From the NCBI GenBank assembly GCA_021774445.1, contig JAJFJA010000005.1, forward strand, positions 73,790 through 137,789: 64,000 nucleotides of DNA. Direction: 5' to 3'. The notes under the pieces were generated by a model, which saw only the letters and a list, made by a program, of their open reading frames with translations, ran no database searches and was not told the origin of the DNA. Below, piece after piece: positions 1 to 9,292 of this stretch; positions within the stretch are counted from its first letter, which is position 1; every line of letters begins with the position of its first letter. The position numbers and the translations under genes are program-made. This DNA is from Alphaproteobacteria bacterium (GTDB taxonomy: Bacteria; Pseudomonadota; Alphaproteobacteria; UBA6615).

Positions 1-76
1 GTGGCGGAACACCCGTTCCAAGCTCACCAGGCACTAGACCAGGGTCTGATCGAGATCATCGTGCGGCTTACATCTA

Positions 77-388
77 TTAGGCCTTCGCAGGCGGCAGATA
101 GCGCACAAGCTCCTTGAACTCTCGCCATTCGGTGCCTGCCCAGATCTCGGTCTCCGCGTGACCAAAAGTGCGGATAATGGTTGCGATCTTTGTCGCGGTC
201 CCAATATCAGGCGCCTCGAAGATGTCCAGGTAGTCGCACGGTCCGAGCACGGCGTAGCTGGACCGCCACTCGACCTCTGGGCACTCGGCATGAACGCGCT
301 CCATCACCTCGCGTTCCAGGTTTTCAAGTGAGCTTGGGGACTTCAGCGCGCCATGCGACAGGCGCGTTAACATGATAAATGTGGCCAT
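77..388 (-). CDS. GYD domain-containing protein
   Basis: MATFIMLTRLS...SYAVLGPCDYLDIFEAPD...TFGHAETEIW matches the GYD family pattern; GAGAGGGG RBS before ATG at 388. Confidence 0.8.
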   Translation of the reverse strand: MATFIMLTRLSHGALKSPSSLENLEREVMERVHAECPEVEWRSSYAVLGPCDYLDIFEAPDIGTATKIATIIRTFGHAETEIWAGTEWREFKELVRYLPPAKA

Positions 389-609
389 CGGATTTCCCCT
401 CTCGCCAGGCGCCCTCTGGTGTCGGTTCTCGCGCCCACGGCGAACCGGCATCTCTCGACGTCATGCAAGCAAGACTAGTTGCGCCGGATTGGTCGCAAAT
501 CCATAACCATCTCGGCGTACAACCCCTAAGGATGTCCCGCCTCGCGGGATCTTCCACACGGCTCTTCATCGCGACCCGCCAACATTGGGTCAGCCATACT
601 TGAAGCACC

Positions 610-623
610 CTGATGTAGATCAA
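610..623. promoter_or_regulatory. FNR/FixK-type box (CTGATGTAGATCAA), possibly bidirectional
   Basis: One mismatch to TTGAT-N4-ATCAA; -10-like TAAGTT at 645-650 (+) and CAATGT at 587-582 (-) lie at class II spacing. Confidence 0.6.
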
Positions 624-709
624 CCGTTCGTGGATTTTTTGGTCTAAGTTGTCTTTGCAAACTCCCTATACGGGGAACGACCCGCAACGAATTGCTCTTG
701 AGCCGTGGC

Positions 710-904
710 ATGACCGAAATCTTGGAAGGCCAAAGATATTGGAAGATCGGCGACCATACCCATGTCTGGGTTGTCGATGCAGTGGAATCCGAAAAGGCCG
801 ATCGGCCCGCTTTTGCGATCATGGTCAGCGAAGACGGGCTCGCGACCGAGGATGTCGATTTGTCACACCTCAATAACCCCAGTCTCTTTAGCCGCGTCCC
901 ATAG
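710..904 (+). CDS. small hypothetical protein (64 aa)
   Basis: Protein-like acidic/beta-rich sequence MTEILEGQRYWKIGDHTHVWVVDAVE..., downstream of an FNR-type promoter; RBS weak. Confidence 0.5.
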   Translation: MTEILEGQRYWKIGDHTHVWVVDAVESEKADRPAFAIMVSEDGLATEDVDLSHLNNPSLFSRVP

Positions 905-1057
905 CAGAGCTGGGAAAGGCGCGCGTCTATTAGGCGGCGGGCTCCTTAGGGCGAAGGTCGTGCCCGCTCCGTCGCGCCCGACCTCGGTAGCCCGATCCGT
1001 CAAACGAATGCTGTCGCCGCACACTGCGTAGCGTGTGCTTCGTGCGGTGCCATCTGA

Positions 1058-1819
1058 CTACAGCCCGCCGTGCGCGATGAATGCTCCATTGCGGTAGTTG
1101 GGCTTGCCGTACTGAAGCAGCGGTCCGTCCGGATGGGTCACGCGTCCGCCGGCGGCGCGCAAAACCGCATCGCCGGCAGCGGTGTCCCACTCCATTGTCG
1201 GACCGAAGCGGGGGTAGACGTCCGCCTCGCCGCATGCCACCAGGCAGAATTTCAGCGATGACCCCATGGCGACGATATCGGCAATGTTGCTGCCTGCGAG
1301 CCATGTGTCCGTCCGCTCATCACGATGGGAAAGGCTCACGACCGCAACGGCACCCGATGCCGGAACCGACCGAATACCGATCGCGCGCATGGCGCCGTTT
1401 GCGAACTCTGATGCACCGCTCCCGACGATACCTGCAAACATCCGATCCAGCGCCGGTGCGAAGACGACGCCGAGAACCGGGACGCCCTTCTCGATCAGGG
1501 CGATATTCACCGTGAACGCGCCCTTGCCGTCGCGCTTCAAGAACTCTTTTGTTCCATCGAGTGGATCGACCAAAAAAAAACGCTCCGGCGCTGCCACTGA
1601 ATGGCTCGCGGCGTTCTCTTCGGACACAATGGGGGTGTCAGGCGCAAGCTTGTTCAGGGCCGGCACGATGATCGCTTCGGCGGCTTCATCAGCCTCAGTG
1701 ACCGGCGACTCATCTGGCTTATATGAAGCAACTGGTTCTTTCGCATAAACTGTCATGATTGCTTTACTGGCGGCGCGCGCGACCGTACGAAGCTGTTCAA
1801 GAAGAGTGGAGTGTTCCAT
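1058..1819 (-). CDS. cysQ: 3'(2'),5'-bisphosphate nucleotidase CysQ
   Basis: SPVTEAD, VSEE, LVDPLDGTKEF, GSSLKFC, PTMEWDTAAG motifs. Confidence 0.92.
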   Translation of the reverse strand: MEHSTLLEQLRTVARAASKAIMTVYAKEPVASYKPDESPVTEADEAAEAIIVPALNKLAPDTPIVSEENAASHSVAAPERFFLVDPLDGTKEFLKRDGKGAFTVNIALIEKGVPVLGVVFAPALDRMFAGIVGSGASEFANGAMRAIGIRSVPASGAVAVVSLSHRDERTDTWLAGSNIADIVAMGSSLKFCLVACGEADVYPRFGPTMEWDTAAGDAVLRAAGGRVTHPDGPLLQYGKPNYRNGAFIAHGGL

Positions 1820-2169
1820 AGGGCACCAACGCTATCGGTTCATTGACGTCATATAGGCGCTGATCCGCTCTGCCAACCTGTCGGGATCAAGGTCGCCGCT
1901 TTTGAAGACGAGCTCGGCAGCTTCAGCGTCGGCGTTGCGTTATGTTTCCGCGCGCCAGCGCCAACGGTTTTGCAGATGCCCGGGACGGAAGACAAGAAGG
2001 TGGGGTAAGAGTTCCAGCACCTGCAGCGCTTCATCTGCAAAGCGGTAGCCGCGAACTGAGCCAAGACGCCACGCCGTGATTGGCCGCTTGGCTGCAGCGG
2101 CTCAGCTCGCGGACGGCAAAGGTGGTGCGCCGGTTCAACCCCGGTAGGAGCAGTAATCAGCGTCAGCGC

Positions 2170-2183
2170 CTGCGCTGGATCAA
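2170..2183 (+). promoter_or_regulatory. FixK-type box (CTGCGCTGGATCAA) upstream of archease-rtcB
   Basis: Near-identical to the box at 13684; -10-like GACAGT at 2206-2211; ATG at 2233. Confidence 0.6.
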
Positions 2184-2232
2184 GGACGCCGCAGGAGATT
2201 CGGGCGACAGTGCCGTTCTGACCGGAGCATCA

Positions 2233-2679
2233 ATGAGTGACGCACTGAGCCATCGAAAGGGCCACAACCGCTGGGAGCACTTCCCCCATGGCGCCGATGC
2301 CGGCCTACGCGGCTTCGGCGCCACCAGAGAGGCGGCTTTTGCTCAGATTGCCTGCGCTTTGATAGCGGCGATCACCGATCCGCCGGAGGTATCGCCGATT
2401 GAGCGCGTGACCGTCACTTGCAGCGCACCTGACGACGAAACTTTGCTGGTTGAGTGGCTCAACGCCATCGTTTTCGAAATGGCCGTACGCGGCATGCTGT
2501 TCAGTCGCTTCGCGGTGCAAATTTCCGGCACCGAATTGCAGGGCGAGGCATGGGGCGAACCGATCGATGTCGAGAAACATCAGCCTGCGGCCGAGGTCAA
2601 GGGCGTCACCTATACGGCGCTGAAAGTCCAACAGCGGTCAGATGGGACCTGGTTCTGCCAATGTGTCGCTGACGTATGA
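2233..2679 (+). CDS. archease
   Basis: WEHFPHGADAGLRGFG, LLVEWLN, AEVKGVTY, C-terminal DV; GGAG RBS; ATGA overlap with rtcB. Confidence 0.92.
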   Translation: MSDALSHRKGHNRWEHFPHGADAGLRGFGATREAAFAQIACALIAAITDPPEVSPIERVTVTCSAPDDETLLVEWLNAIVFEMAVRGMLFSRFAVQISGTELQGEAWGEPIDVEKHQPAAEVKGVTYTALKVQQRSDGTWFCQCVADV

Positions 2680-4121
2680 GGGAGGGTGAATTGCCTTGGT
2701 CCCAGCTCGAACAGATCGGCTCAGCCGAGTGGCGCTTGCCGCCGACGGGTCCGATGCGCGTTCCGGGAGTGATTTTCGGTAATCGGAAGATCGTCGAAGC
2801 GCTCGACGAGAAGGTCTTCGAACAAGTCGCCAACGTCGCGGCGCTGCCCGGCATTGTGAAGGCATCTTACGCGATGCCCGACGCCCATTGGGGCTATGGC
2901 TTCCCGATCGGCGGTGTGGCGGCCTTCGACCCGGACTCCGACGGCGTCGTCTCCGCAGGCGGTGTTGGTTTCGACATCTCCTGCGGCGTGCGCACACTGC
3001 TCACCGGTCTCGACGTGGCGGCTATCGAGGCGGTGAAACGACCGCTTGCCGATGCTCTCTTTGCGCGCATTCCGGCCGGTGTGGGCAGCACCGGGGAAGT
3101 CACGCTATCGTCCGCGGAAATGGATGCGATGCTGGTCGGTGGTGGCGTTTGGGCAGTGGCTCAGGGCTTCGGCGACGCCGCCGACCTCGAGCGGGTCGAG
3201 GAGCACGGCTGCATGCCCGGCGCGTCGCCTGAATGTGTGTCGGAGCGCGCCAAGACCCGGCAGCGCAAGGAGACCGGCACTTTGGGGTCCGGCAATCATT
3301 ATCTCGAGGTGCAAGCGATCGGCGAGATTTTCGATCCGGCGGCGGCGGCGGCTTTCGGGCTCGTGCGGGGTCAGGTCGTTGTCACGATTCATTGCGGATC
3401 ACGGGGTCTTGGACACCAAGTCGGCACGGAGTTTCTGCGTGATATGGCCGCAGCCGCAGCCACTTACGGTATTGATCTGCCCGATCGCGAACTCGCCTGT
3501 GCGCCGATCCGATCGGCGCTGGGTGACCGCTATCTGAAGGCCATGCGGGCCGCGATCAACTGCGCCTTGGCCAACCGGCAGGTCTTGACGCATCTCACGC
3601 GCGAGGTGTTCTCCGCATTGCTGCCCGCGGCGCACTTGCCGCTGCTCTTCGATGTCTCCCACAACACCTGTAAGGTCGAGACCCATGAGATCGACGGTGG
3701 CACGCGCCAGCTCTATGTCCACCGCAAAGGTGCCACCCGTGCCTTCGGGCCCGGCCACCCTGACCTTCCCGCGGCGCTGCGCGACACCGGCCAGCCCGTG
3801 CTGATAGGCGGCAGCATGGGGACGGCGTCGTATGTGTTGGCCGGAACCATTGAGAGCGCCGGGTTGGCATTCAGCTCCGCCTGCCATGGTGCCGGCCGCC
3901 AGATGAGCCGACATCAAGCGCGCAAGCACTGGCGCGGGCGGGCAGTTGTCGATGAGTTGGCCGATCGTGGGGTGATCATTTGCAGCCCGTCGGCACGCGG
4001 CGTCGCCGAAGAGGCGCCCGGCGCCTACAAGGATGTCACCGCCGTCGTCGACGCCACCGCACGTGCTGGACTCGCCCGGAAGGTCGCCCGCCTGAGACCG
4101 CTGATCTGCATCAAGGGTTAG
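2676..4121 (+). CDS. rtcB: RtcB family RNA 2',3'-cyclic phosphate/5'-OH ligase
   Basis: MPDAHWGYGFPIGGV, GFDISCG, GTLGSGNHYLE, HCGSRG, DVSHN, HRKGAT, CHGAGR, EEAPGAYK motifs. Confidence 0.96.
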   Translation: MREGELPWSQLEQIGSAEWRLPPTGPMRVPGVIFGNRKIVEALDEKVFEQVANVAALPGIVKASYAMPDAHWGYGFPIGGVAAFDPDSDGVVSAGGVGFDISCGVRTLLTGLDVAAIEAVKRPLADALFARIPAGVGSTGEVTLSSAEMDAMLVGGGVWAVAQGFGDAADLERVEEHGCMPGASPECVSERAKTRQRKETGTLGSGNHYLEVQAIGEIFDPAAAAAFGLVRGQVVVTIHCGSRGLGHQVGTEFLRDMAAAAATYGIDLPDRELACAPIRSALGDRYLKAMRAAINCALANRQVLTHLTREVFSALLPAAHLPLLFDVSHNTCKVETHEIDGGTRQLYVHRKGATRAFGPGHPDLPAALRDTGQPVLIGGSMGTASYVLAGTIESAGLAFSSACHGAGRQMSRHQARKHWRGRAVVDELADRGVIICSPSARGVAEEAPGAYKDVTAVVDATARAGLARKVARLRPLICIKG

Positions 4122-4248
4122 TTGACAGAGGCCTATCCAAGGGCTCGTCGCTCGTGTTCCGGTCCGCGGCGACGATGGAGCACGCTGCTAACACTGAATT
4201 ATCAGTTGCCATCAGGACCTAACTGCTGGCCTCTGGACGAGCGGGTTG

Positions 4249-5430
4249 TTAACGACCAAAAAAGGTATCTATCAGATCGAAAGCCCGTTCGATTGTCTCC
4301 TCCGGCACACAGTATGCCATCCGAACGCGGTGCTCGCCGGTTGGCCCGAACGCGCTTCCAGGCGTGACAGCGACCCCTACTTCTTCGAGCAGTCTGATAG
4401 AGAACTCGAAAGAATTGTCGTGCTCTGCGACGATCTTGGGAAAGACATAGTACGCGCCCTCGGGTTTCACATATTCGAAGACGTGCGGCACGCTATCCAA
4501 GCGTTGGCAGATCAGAGCCCGTCGACGAGCCAGGATTTCCTCGAATTCGCGAAGGTGCAGTGACTCCTCCGTCAACGCCGCCAGCCCGGCGACCTGAGAG
4601 ATCCGGGGCGAGCATATGATCGTCGCGTCGTGCACCTTCAGCACCTCTTGCTTGAGGTGCTCAGGCACGATCATGTAACCAACGCGCCAACCGCTCATCG
4701 CGTGGGCTTTGGAGAAGGTGAACAGGTAGACCACGCGGTCGGTCAGCTCGGCCACTGAGCTCAAGTTGAAATAGCGGTCGCCGTTTTCGTAGGTGAAATG
4801 ACAGTAAGGGTCGTCGAGTAAGATGAGTAGATCCCGCTCCTGGGCGATCTGCCCGACGCGTCGGAGTGCCGCCTCGGCAAAGATCTTCCCCGTCGGGTTC
4901 GACGGCGACACGAGCACAATCGCCTTGGTCCTATCGGTGATTAGGCCTGGCAAGGCATCGAGGTCCAAGCGCCAGCCTTGAGGCTCGTCCAACTTCCAAT
5001 GGATTGGCTCGCCACCGCAGAGCCGGATCTGCTGGAAGTGCGACGCGAAGCCAGGGTCAGTCAGGATGATCTCGTCGCCGGCGTCGATGATTACGTGAAA
5101 CAGTGCGTTTAAGCCCTGCATGTTCCCGGCCGTGATCATCACATTCCGGTCCGCATCTGCCTCGATTCCCGTTGCTGCGAGATGCGCCCTTGTGACCGCC
5201 TGGCGAAGTTCCGGCAGGCCATCCGGAAGTGCATATTTGCCGATATCCAAGTCGGTTTCGAGACGCTGCGCCACGGCGCGACGTATTGGCTCGGGCGTCC
5301 GGAATGACGGGAGCCCCCAGGCCAAAGAGGCTGTTCCTGGAATTTTGGCACTGCGCATCGCCATTTCCTTGATCGCGGAAATCGTGATGCTCGATACACG
5401 CCGAGAGACCCAAGCCTTGCTGTTTTCCAT
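4249..5430 (-). CDS. PLP-dependent aminotransferase class I/II
   Basis: SPSNPTG, DDPY, FSKAHAMSGWRVG (PLP lysine), PEGAYY, TPGSAFG. Confidence 0.92.
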   Translation of the reverse strand: MENSKAWVSRRVSSITISAIKEMAMRSAKIPGTASLAWGLPSFRTPEPIRRAVAQRLETDLDIGKYALPDGLPELRQAVTRAHLAATGIEADADRNVMITAGNMQGLNALFHVIIDAGDEIILTDPGFASHFQQIRLCGGEPIHWKLDEPQGWRLDLDALPGLITDRTKAIVLVSPSNPTGKIFAEAALRRVGQIAQERDLLILLDDPYCHFTYENGDRYFNLSSVAELTDRVVYLFTFSKAHAMSGWRVGYMIVPEHLKQEVLKVHDATIICSPRISQVAGLAALTEESLHLREFEEILARRRALICQRLDSVPHVFEYVKPEGAYYVFPKIVAEHDNSFEFSIRLLEEVGVAVTPGSAFGPTGEHRVRMAYCVPEETIERAFDLIDTFFGR

Positions 5431-5690
5431 GCCACCCTGCGATCCCTACAGATTGATTTTTGCGCGCACCAAGCACGACAAATTTTGGCGCGTCGGAGTC
5501 TGGCCTTTGTTCGAATCAAGTGTCACCTGTCGAACTCGCGTCTCGGCTGCTTCGGGTCAGTCGTCGGTCGCGGCAGTTTGGCGGGTCAACGCCGATGGGT
5601 CTCGATCAGCCCGGTGAATTCCTTGACCATCATACGACGGCGCGGCCGCCGATCATTGTTATGGTACAGGCGGCTCGCCTCCCCACAGGC

Positions 5691-7889
5691 TCATAGCGTA
5701 ATCTTAACTTGCCCGTCGCCTTCCCGTTTCAACACGTTTAGAGCAACGTCTGTCTGGTGCCTGCGCAACAGAATGTCCATGCGGCTATCACCGATCTGTA
5801 GCGAGCGGATAAGGACCTCCCCCACAAAGTCCGGCAATCGCGGTCGATCAAATCTGATTTCAGACGTTCGATGGTCGAATTTGAGCCCGAGACATGCTTG
5901 CAGGAGCGCTAACGGCACCGCCCCCGCCCAGGCCTGCGGCGAACAGGCCACGGGATAGAAGGTCGGGCCCGTAGCGGGGACACGCCGGAAGCCGCAGAAT
6001 AGTTCCGGCAGACGCCTTAGATCCATATGCAGCGTCGCGTCGAACAAGCCTGCGAACAGCTTTTGCACATGATCGGTAAAACCGTACCGCGCCAGCCCCA
6101 ACGCAATCAGCGCGTTGTCGTGTGGCCAAACCGAACCGTTGTGATAGGACATCGGATTGTACCGCGCCTCGCTCTCCGCGATGGTCCTGATACCCCAGCC
6201 AGTCAAAAACCCATGACCCATGAGCAGGTCCGCAACCTTGGCCGCATGTTCCGGGGATGCAATACCGGCGAAAAGAGCATGTCCGGCGTTTGACGCACGC
6301 ACCGCGCAAGGTTTCTTATCGCCGTCTAGCGCCAGCACATAGCATGATAGCTCTTCGGACCAGAAGACTGCCTCGAAGTGTTCCTGGAGCATGGCGGCCT
6401 CATGCTCCAATGTGGACGCCATCGCCGCAAACCCAATCTCGCGGGCCAATACGGCGGCGTTTATTTTCGCCGCATAGACATAGCCTTGCACCTCGCAGAG
6501 CGCGATCGGACCGGTGGCCAGTCGGCCGTCCGCATGAAAGATCGAGTCGTGAGAATCCTTCCACCCCTGATTTCCAAGCCCGTCTGCCCCCTGCCGCTCA
6601 TACTCGACGAAGCCGTCACCGTCTCGGTCCCCGTAGCGATCGATCCAGTCGAGGGCCGCTTCGATGTTCGGCCACAGATTGGCGATCGTTTCCAGATCTC
6701 CGGTTCGCTCGTAATACATGCCGGCCAGGACGACAAACAGGGGCGTCGCGTCGACGCTGCCATAGTAGTGGCCGAACGGGACCTCGCCCAGTGTCGCCAT
6801 TTCGCCTTGCCGCATTTCGTGCAGAATTTTGCCTGGCTCGGCATCGTTCGCCGGGTCGACGGTTCTTGCTTGGTGGGCGGCGAGGAACCGCAGCACGCCG
6901 CGGGCAGTGTCGGGATCGATCCATAACAGCTGCATCGCGGTAATGATCCCATCCCGGCCGAAAACGGTGCTGAACCACGGAATACCGGCATAGGGGTATG
7001 GTCCGTGCTCGGTGTCCGTCACCAGCATCTGGTAGTCCGCGATTGAACGGCACAGCAGTTCAGTGAAAAACGGATTCGACGTCTCGACACTCGCCATACG
7101 CTCGCTGCACCGGCACAGCGCCCTGCGTGCCTCCCGCAGACACACGAAAAACTGCCGCGACGTCGCTATTGTTTCACCATCCTCGTCGCAGGCAATCGTG
7201 ACAAACAGACTGACCTGCTCTTGTGGTTGCAGCGATAGATCGAATGTCGCCGACCGTGTGTCGATATGGTCCGGCTTTGGTTCGAAGGAGATGGTCGTGC
7301 GTCGCTGCACGTTGTCGAGCCCGGCATAGGAAAGCACGACGACGTTGTCGACGGGGCAGCTTGACGTGCCTCGCCCCCTTGCCGCGCGGACGTGCCCTCG
7401 TACTTCGAATATGTCCGCGAAATCAGCCGCGAAATTGAACTTTAGCGCTATTGTCTTCTCATCGCTGTGGAAGCTCTGTACCCGGATGCGTTCATAACAT
7501 GCCCCCTCCCATAGGAATTTCGAACGCACCACATGAATGGTGTCACGCGGCAACCCGAGTTTGCCATCGGCAAAGATATCGGGGTTCGTGAGATTTGCGA
7601 TTAGTAAGGTGTTATTGCTGCGAACTGTAGAGCTGAGCAACAGGGGTTTGCGGTCGTCGATCAGTATTCGAACTTCGGAGAGATATCGGGTGTCCTTGTA
7701 ATAAAGGCCGTCCGGAGCCCCTGCCGTCCGAACGATATCTCCGTGATGGTCGAAGACTCCGAACATATCTCCGTTCTTGAGGGCACGGGGTCGTCGCTCC
7801 AGAACCGCCTCGGTCGCAGGAATATAAAACTTATCGTCGGCGCCGTCGGGAGGCACAGGTTTCGATGCCGGTGGTGGCTCCGACTTCAT
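5691..7889 (-). CDS. amylo-alpha-1,6-glucosidase / glycogen debranching family protein
   Basis: YAGIPWFSTVFGRD, EPGKILHE, YYGSVDATPLF, NQGWKDS, YHNGSVWPHD, ACSPQAW. Confidence 0.92.
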   Translation of the reverse strand: MKSEPPPASKPVPPDGADDKFYIPATEAVLERRPRALKNGDMFGVFDHHGDIVRTAGAPDGLYYKDTRYLSEVRILIDDRKPLLLSSTVRSNNTLLIANLTNPDIFADGKLGLPRDTIHVVRSKFLWEGACYERIRVQSFHSDEKTIALKFNFAADFADIFEVRGHVRAARGRGTSSCPVDNVVVLSYAGLDNVQRRTTISFEPKPDHIDTRSATFDLSLQPQEQVSLFVTIACDEDGETIATSRQFFVCLREARRALCRCSERMASVETSNPFFTELLCRSIADYQMLVTDTEHGPYPYAGIPWFSTVFGRDGIITAMQLLWIDPDTARGVLRFLAAHQARTVDPANDAEPGKILHEMRQGEMATLGEVPFGHYYGSVDATPLFVVLAGMYYERTGDLETIANLWPNIEAALDWIDRYGDRDGDGFVEYERQGADGLGNQGWKDSHDSIFHADGRLATGPIALCEVQGYVYAAKINAAVLAREIGFAAMASTLEHEAAMLQEHFEAVFWSEELSCYVLALDGDKKPCAVRASNAGHALFAGIASPEHAAKVADLLMGHGFLTGWGIRTIAESEARYNPMSYHNGSVWPHDNALIALGLARYGFTDHVQKLFAGLFDATLHMDLRRLPELFCGFRRVPATGPTFYPVACSPQAWAGAVPLALLQACLGLKFDHRTSEIRFDRPRLPDFVGEVLIRSLQIGDSRMDILLRRHQTDVALNVLKREGDGQVKITL

Positions 7890-7930
7890 TCGAAGACCTT
7901 CATCTGCAATACGGGCGCAACTATCTATAC

Positions 7931-8983
7931 TCAGGCAGCCCGGACTGGCAATCGGCCGGCGCCGATCATCGCTGCGTAAATCGCCAGGTAGTCGTTTGCC
8001 ATTCGCTCGACACTGAACCGCTCGACAAACCGGTCGCGAATATCGCCGCGGTTCAATTCGTCAAGTCGACGAACCGCACCCACTGCTTCGCCGATAGTAT
8101 TGACGATAAATCCGGTCCGACCATGCTCGATGACTTCCGGAACCGATCCGCGACGATACGCAACCACCGGCGTTCCGCATGCCATCGCTTCGATCATCGT
8201 CAGACCAAATGGTTCGGGCCAGCCGATGGGAAACAACAATGCGCGCGCACCGCCAAGGAAAGCACTCTTCTCTGAGTCATCTATCTCGCCGACGAACTCT
8301 ATCAGCGGATCATTCAAAAGAGGCCGGATTTGACTCTCGAAGTACGCCCGATCAACGCGGTCAATTTTGGCGGCAATCTTGAGCCTCACACCGGTGCGGC
8401 GCGCAATCTCTATGGCACGGTCCACGCCTTTTTCAGGACAGATCCGACCCAAGAAGGCAACATAGTTTTCCCTCACCGCGGGATTGTAGCGGTACAGCCC
8501 AAGAGGCAAGCCGTGATAGACCGTACCCATCCAGTTCATTCCAAGTGTCGGCTCCCGTTGCTGGTCGGAAATGGAGACCAACGGCATTTCGCGGAATTCG
8601 CGGTAAAAGCGGAGTAAGTCAGCCAAATCCTGACGACCATGCAGCGTGGTGATCGTTCGATACGCCAAATCGCGAAACAAGGGGAAATGTAGAACATCCA
8701 TGTGAAAATGAATGACGTCGAACTCCGCCGCACGACGCCGCACGCGATCGAGCATCACCATGTAGTGTGGGATAGGATCCACCACCCGCGGATCGTGCCG
8801 CAGCGCGCGCTGACAACAAGGGACGAGCGTGGCCGATGTCGACGAGTCGCCACTGGCGAATAGCGTGATGTCGTGACCCTGCCGGACCAGTTCCTCGACA
8901 AGATGAGAAATCACCCGCTCCGTCCCGCCGTAAAGCGGCGGCGGAACGCTTTCGATCAAGGCCGCAACCTGTGCGATTTTCAT
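7931..8983 (-). CDS. glycosyltransferase family 4 protein
   Basis: VPPPLYGGTERV, FLGRICPEKG, WPEPFGLTMIEAMACGTPV; AGGAGG RBS. Confidence 0.93.
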   Translation of the reverse strand: MKIAQVAALIESVPPPLYGGTERVISHLVEELVRQGHDITLFASGDSSTSATLVPCCQRALRHDPRVVDPIPHYMVMLDRVRRRAAEFDVIHFHMDVLHFPLFRDLAYRTITTLHGRQDLADLLRFYREFREMPLVSISDQQREPTLGMNWMGTVYHGLPLGLYRYNPAVRENYVAFLGRICPEKGVDRAIEIARRTGVRLKIAAKIDRVDRAYFESQIRPLLNDPLIEFVGEIDDSEKSAFLGGARALLFPIGWPEPFGLTMIEAMACGTPVVAYRRGSVPEVIEHGRTGFIVNTIGEAVGAVRRLDELNRGDIRDRFVERFSVERMANDYLAIYAAMIGAGRLPVRAA

Positions 8984-9110
8984 TTCACTCCACCTCCTAT
9001 CGGACAATGTCGATCATAAAAACGCCAGGCTTGGTAACCGGCAAAATGCCACGCCCACTTGGGGTCGGATGAGGTGGACGCGCCACTCTGTTCGGAGCAA
9101 TCAGCGCCAG

Positions 9111-9152
9111 AATTTACCAAAATATGACTATCGCCGCCTTGATCTGAATCAA
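9111..9152 (-). promoter_or_regulatory. class II FNR/FixK promoter: perfect box TTGATCTGAATCAA (9139-9152) plus -10 TAAATT (9116-9111)
   Basis: Exact TTGAT-N4-ATCAA centred about 41.5 bp upstream of the predicted TSS (about 9104) for the GT4-glucosidase operon. Confidence 0.8.
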
Positions 9153-9292
9153 TAGTGGTAGGCGGTTATCAATCAGGGTTAGTTCGATTTTCGACTGTTT
9201 CGGCACGACAGGGTGTGCCGAGTGGCGCCGGCCGTCATTTTTCCCCCTTCACGCCCCGCGTGCGAGGCGTTCAGGAGAGCTCGCAACCTACC

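Noticed and set aside
1572..1580. A9 run in cysQ as a phase-variation site
   Set aside because: The frame is intact and the run encodes the expected FFL before VDPLDGT; no evidence of switching
2233..4121. Archease-RtcB as an anti-phage or toxin-antitoxin system
   Set aside because: No nuclease, toxin or defence genes nearby; the context is stress and hypoxia
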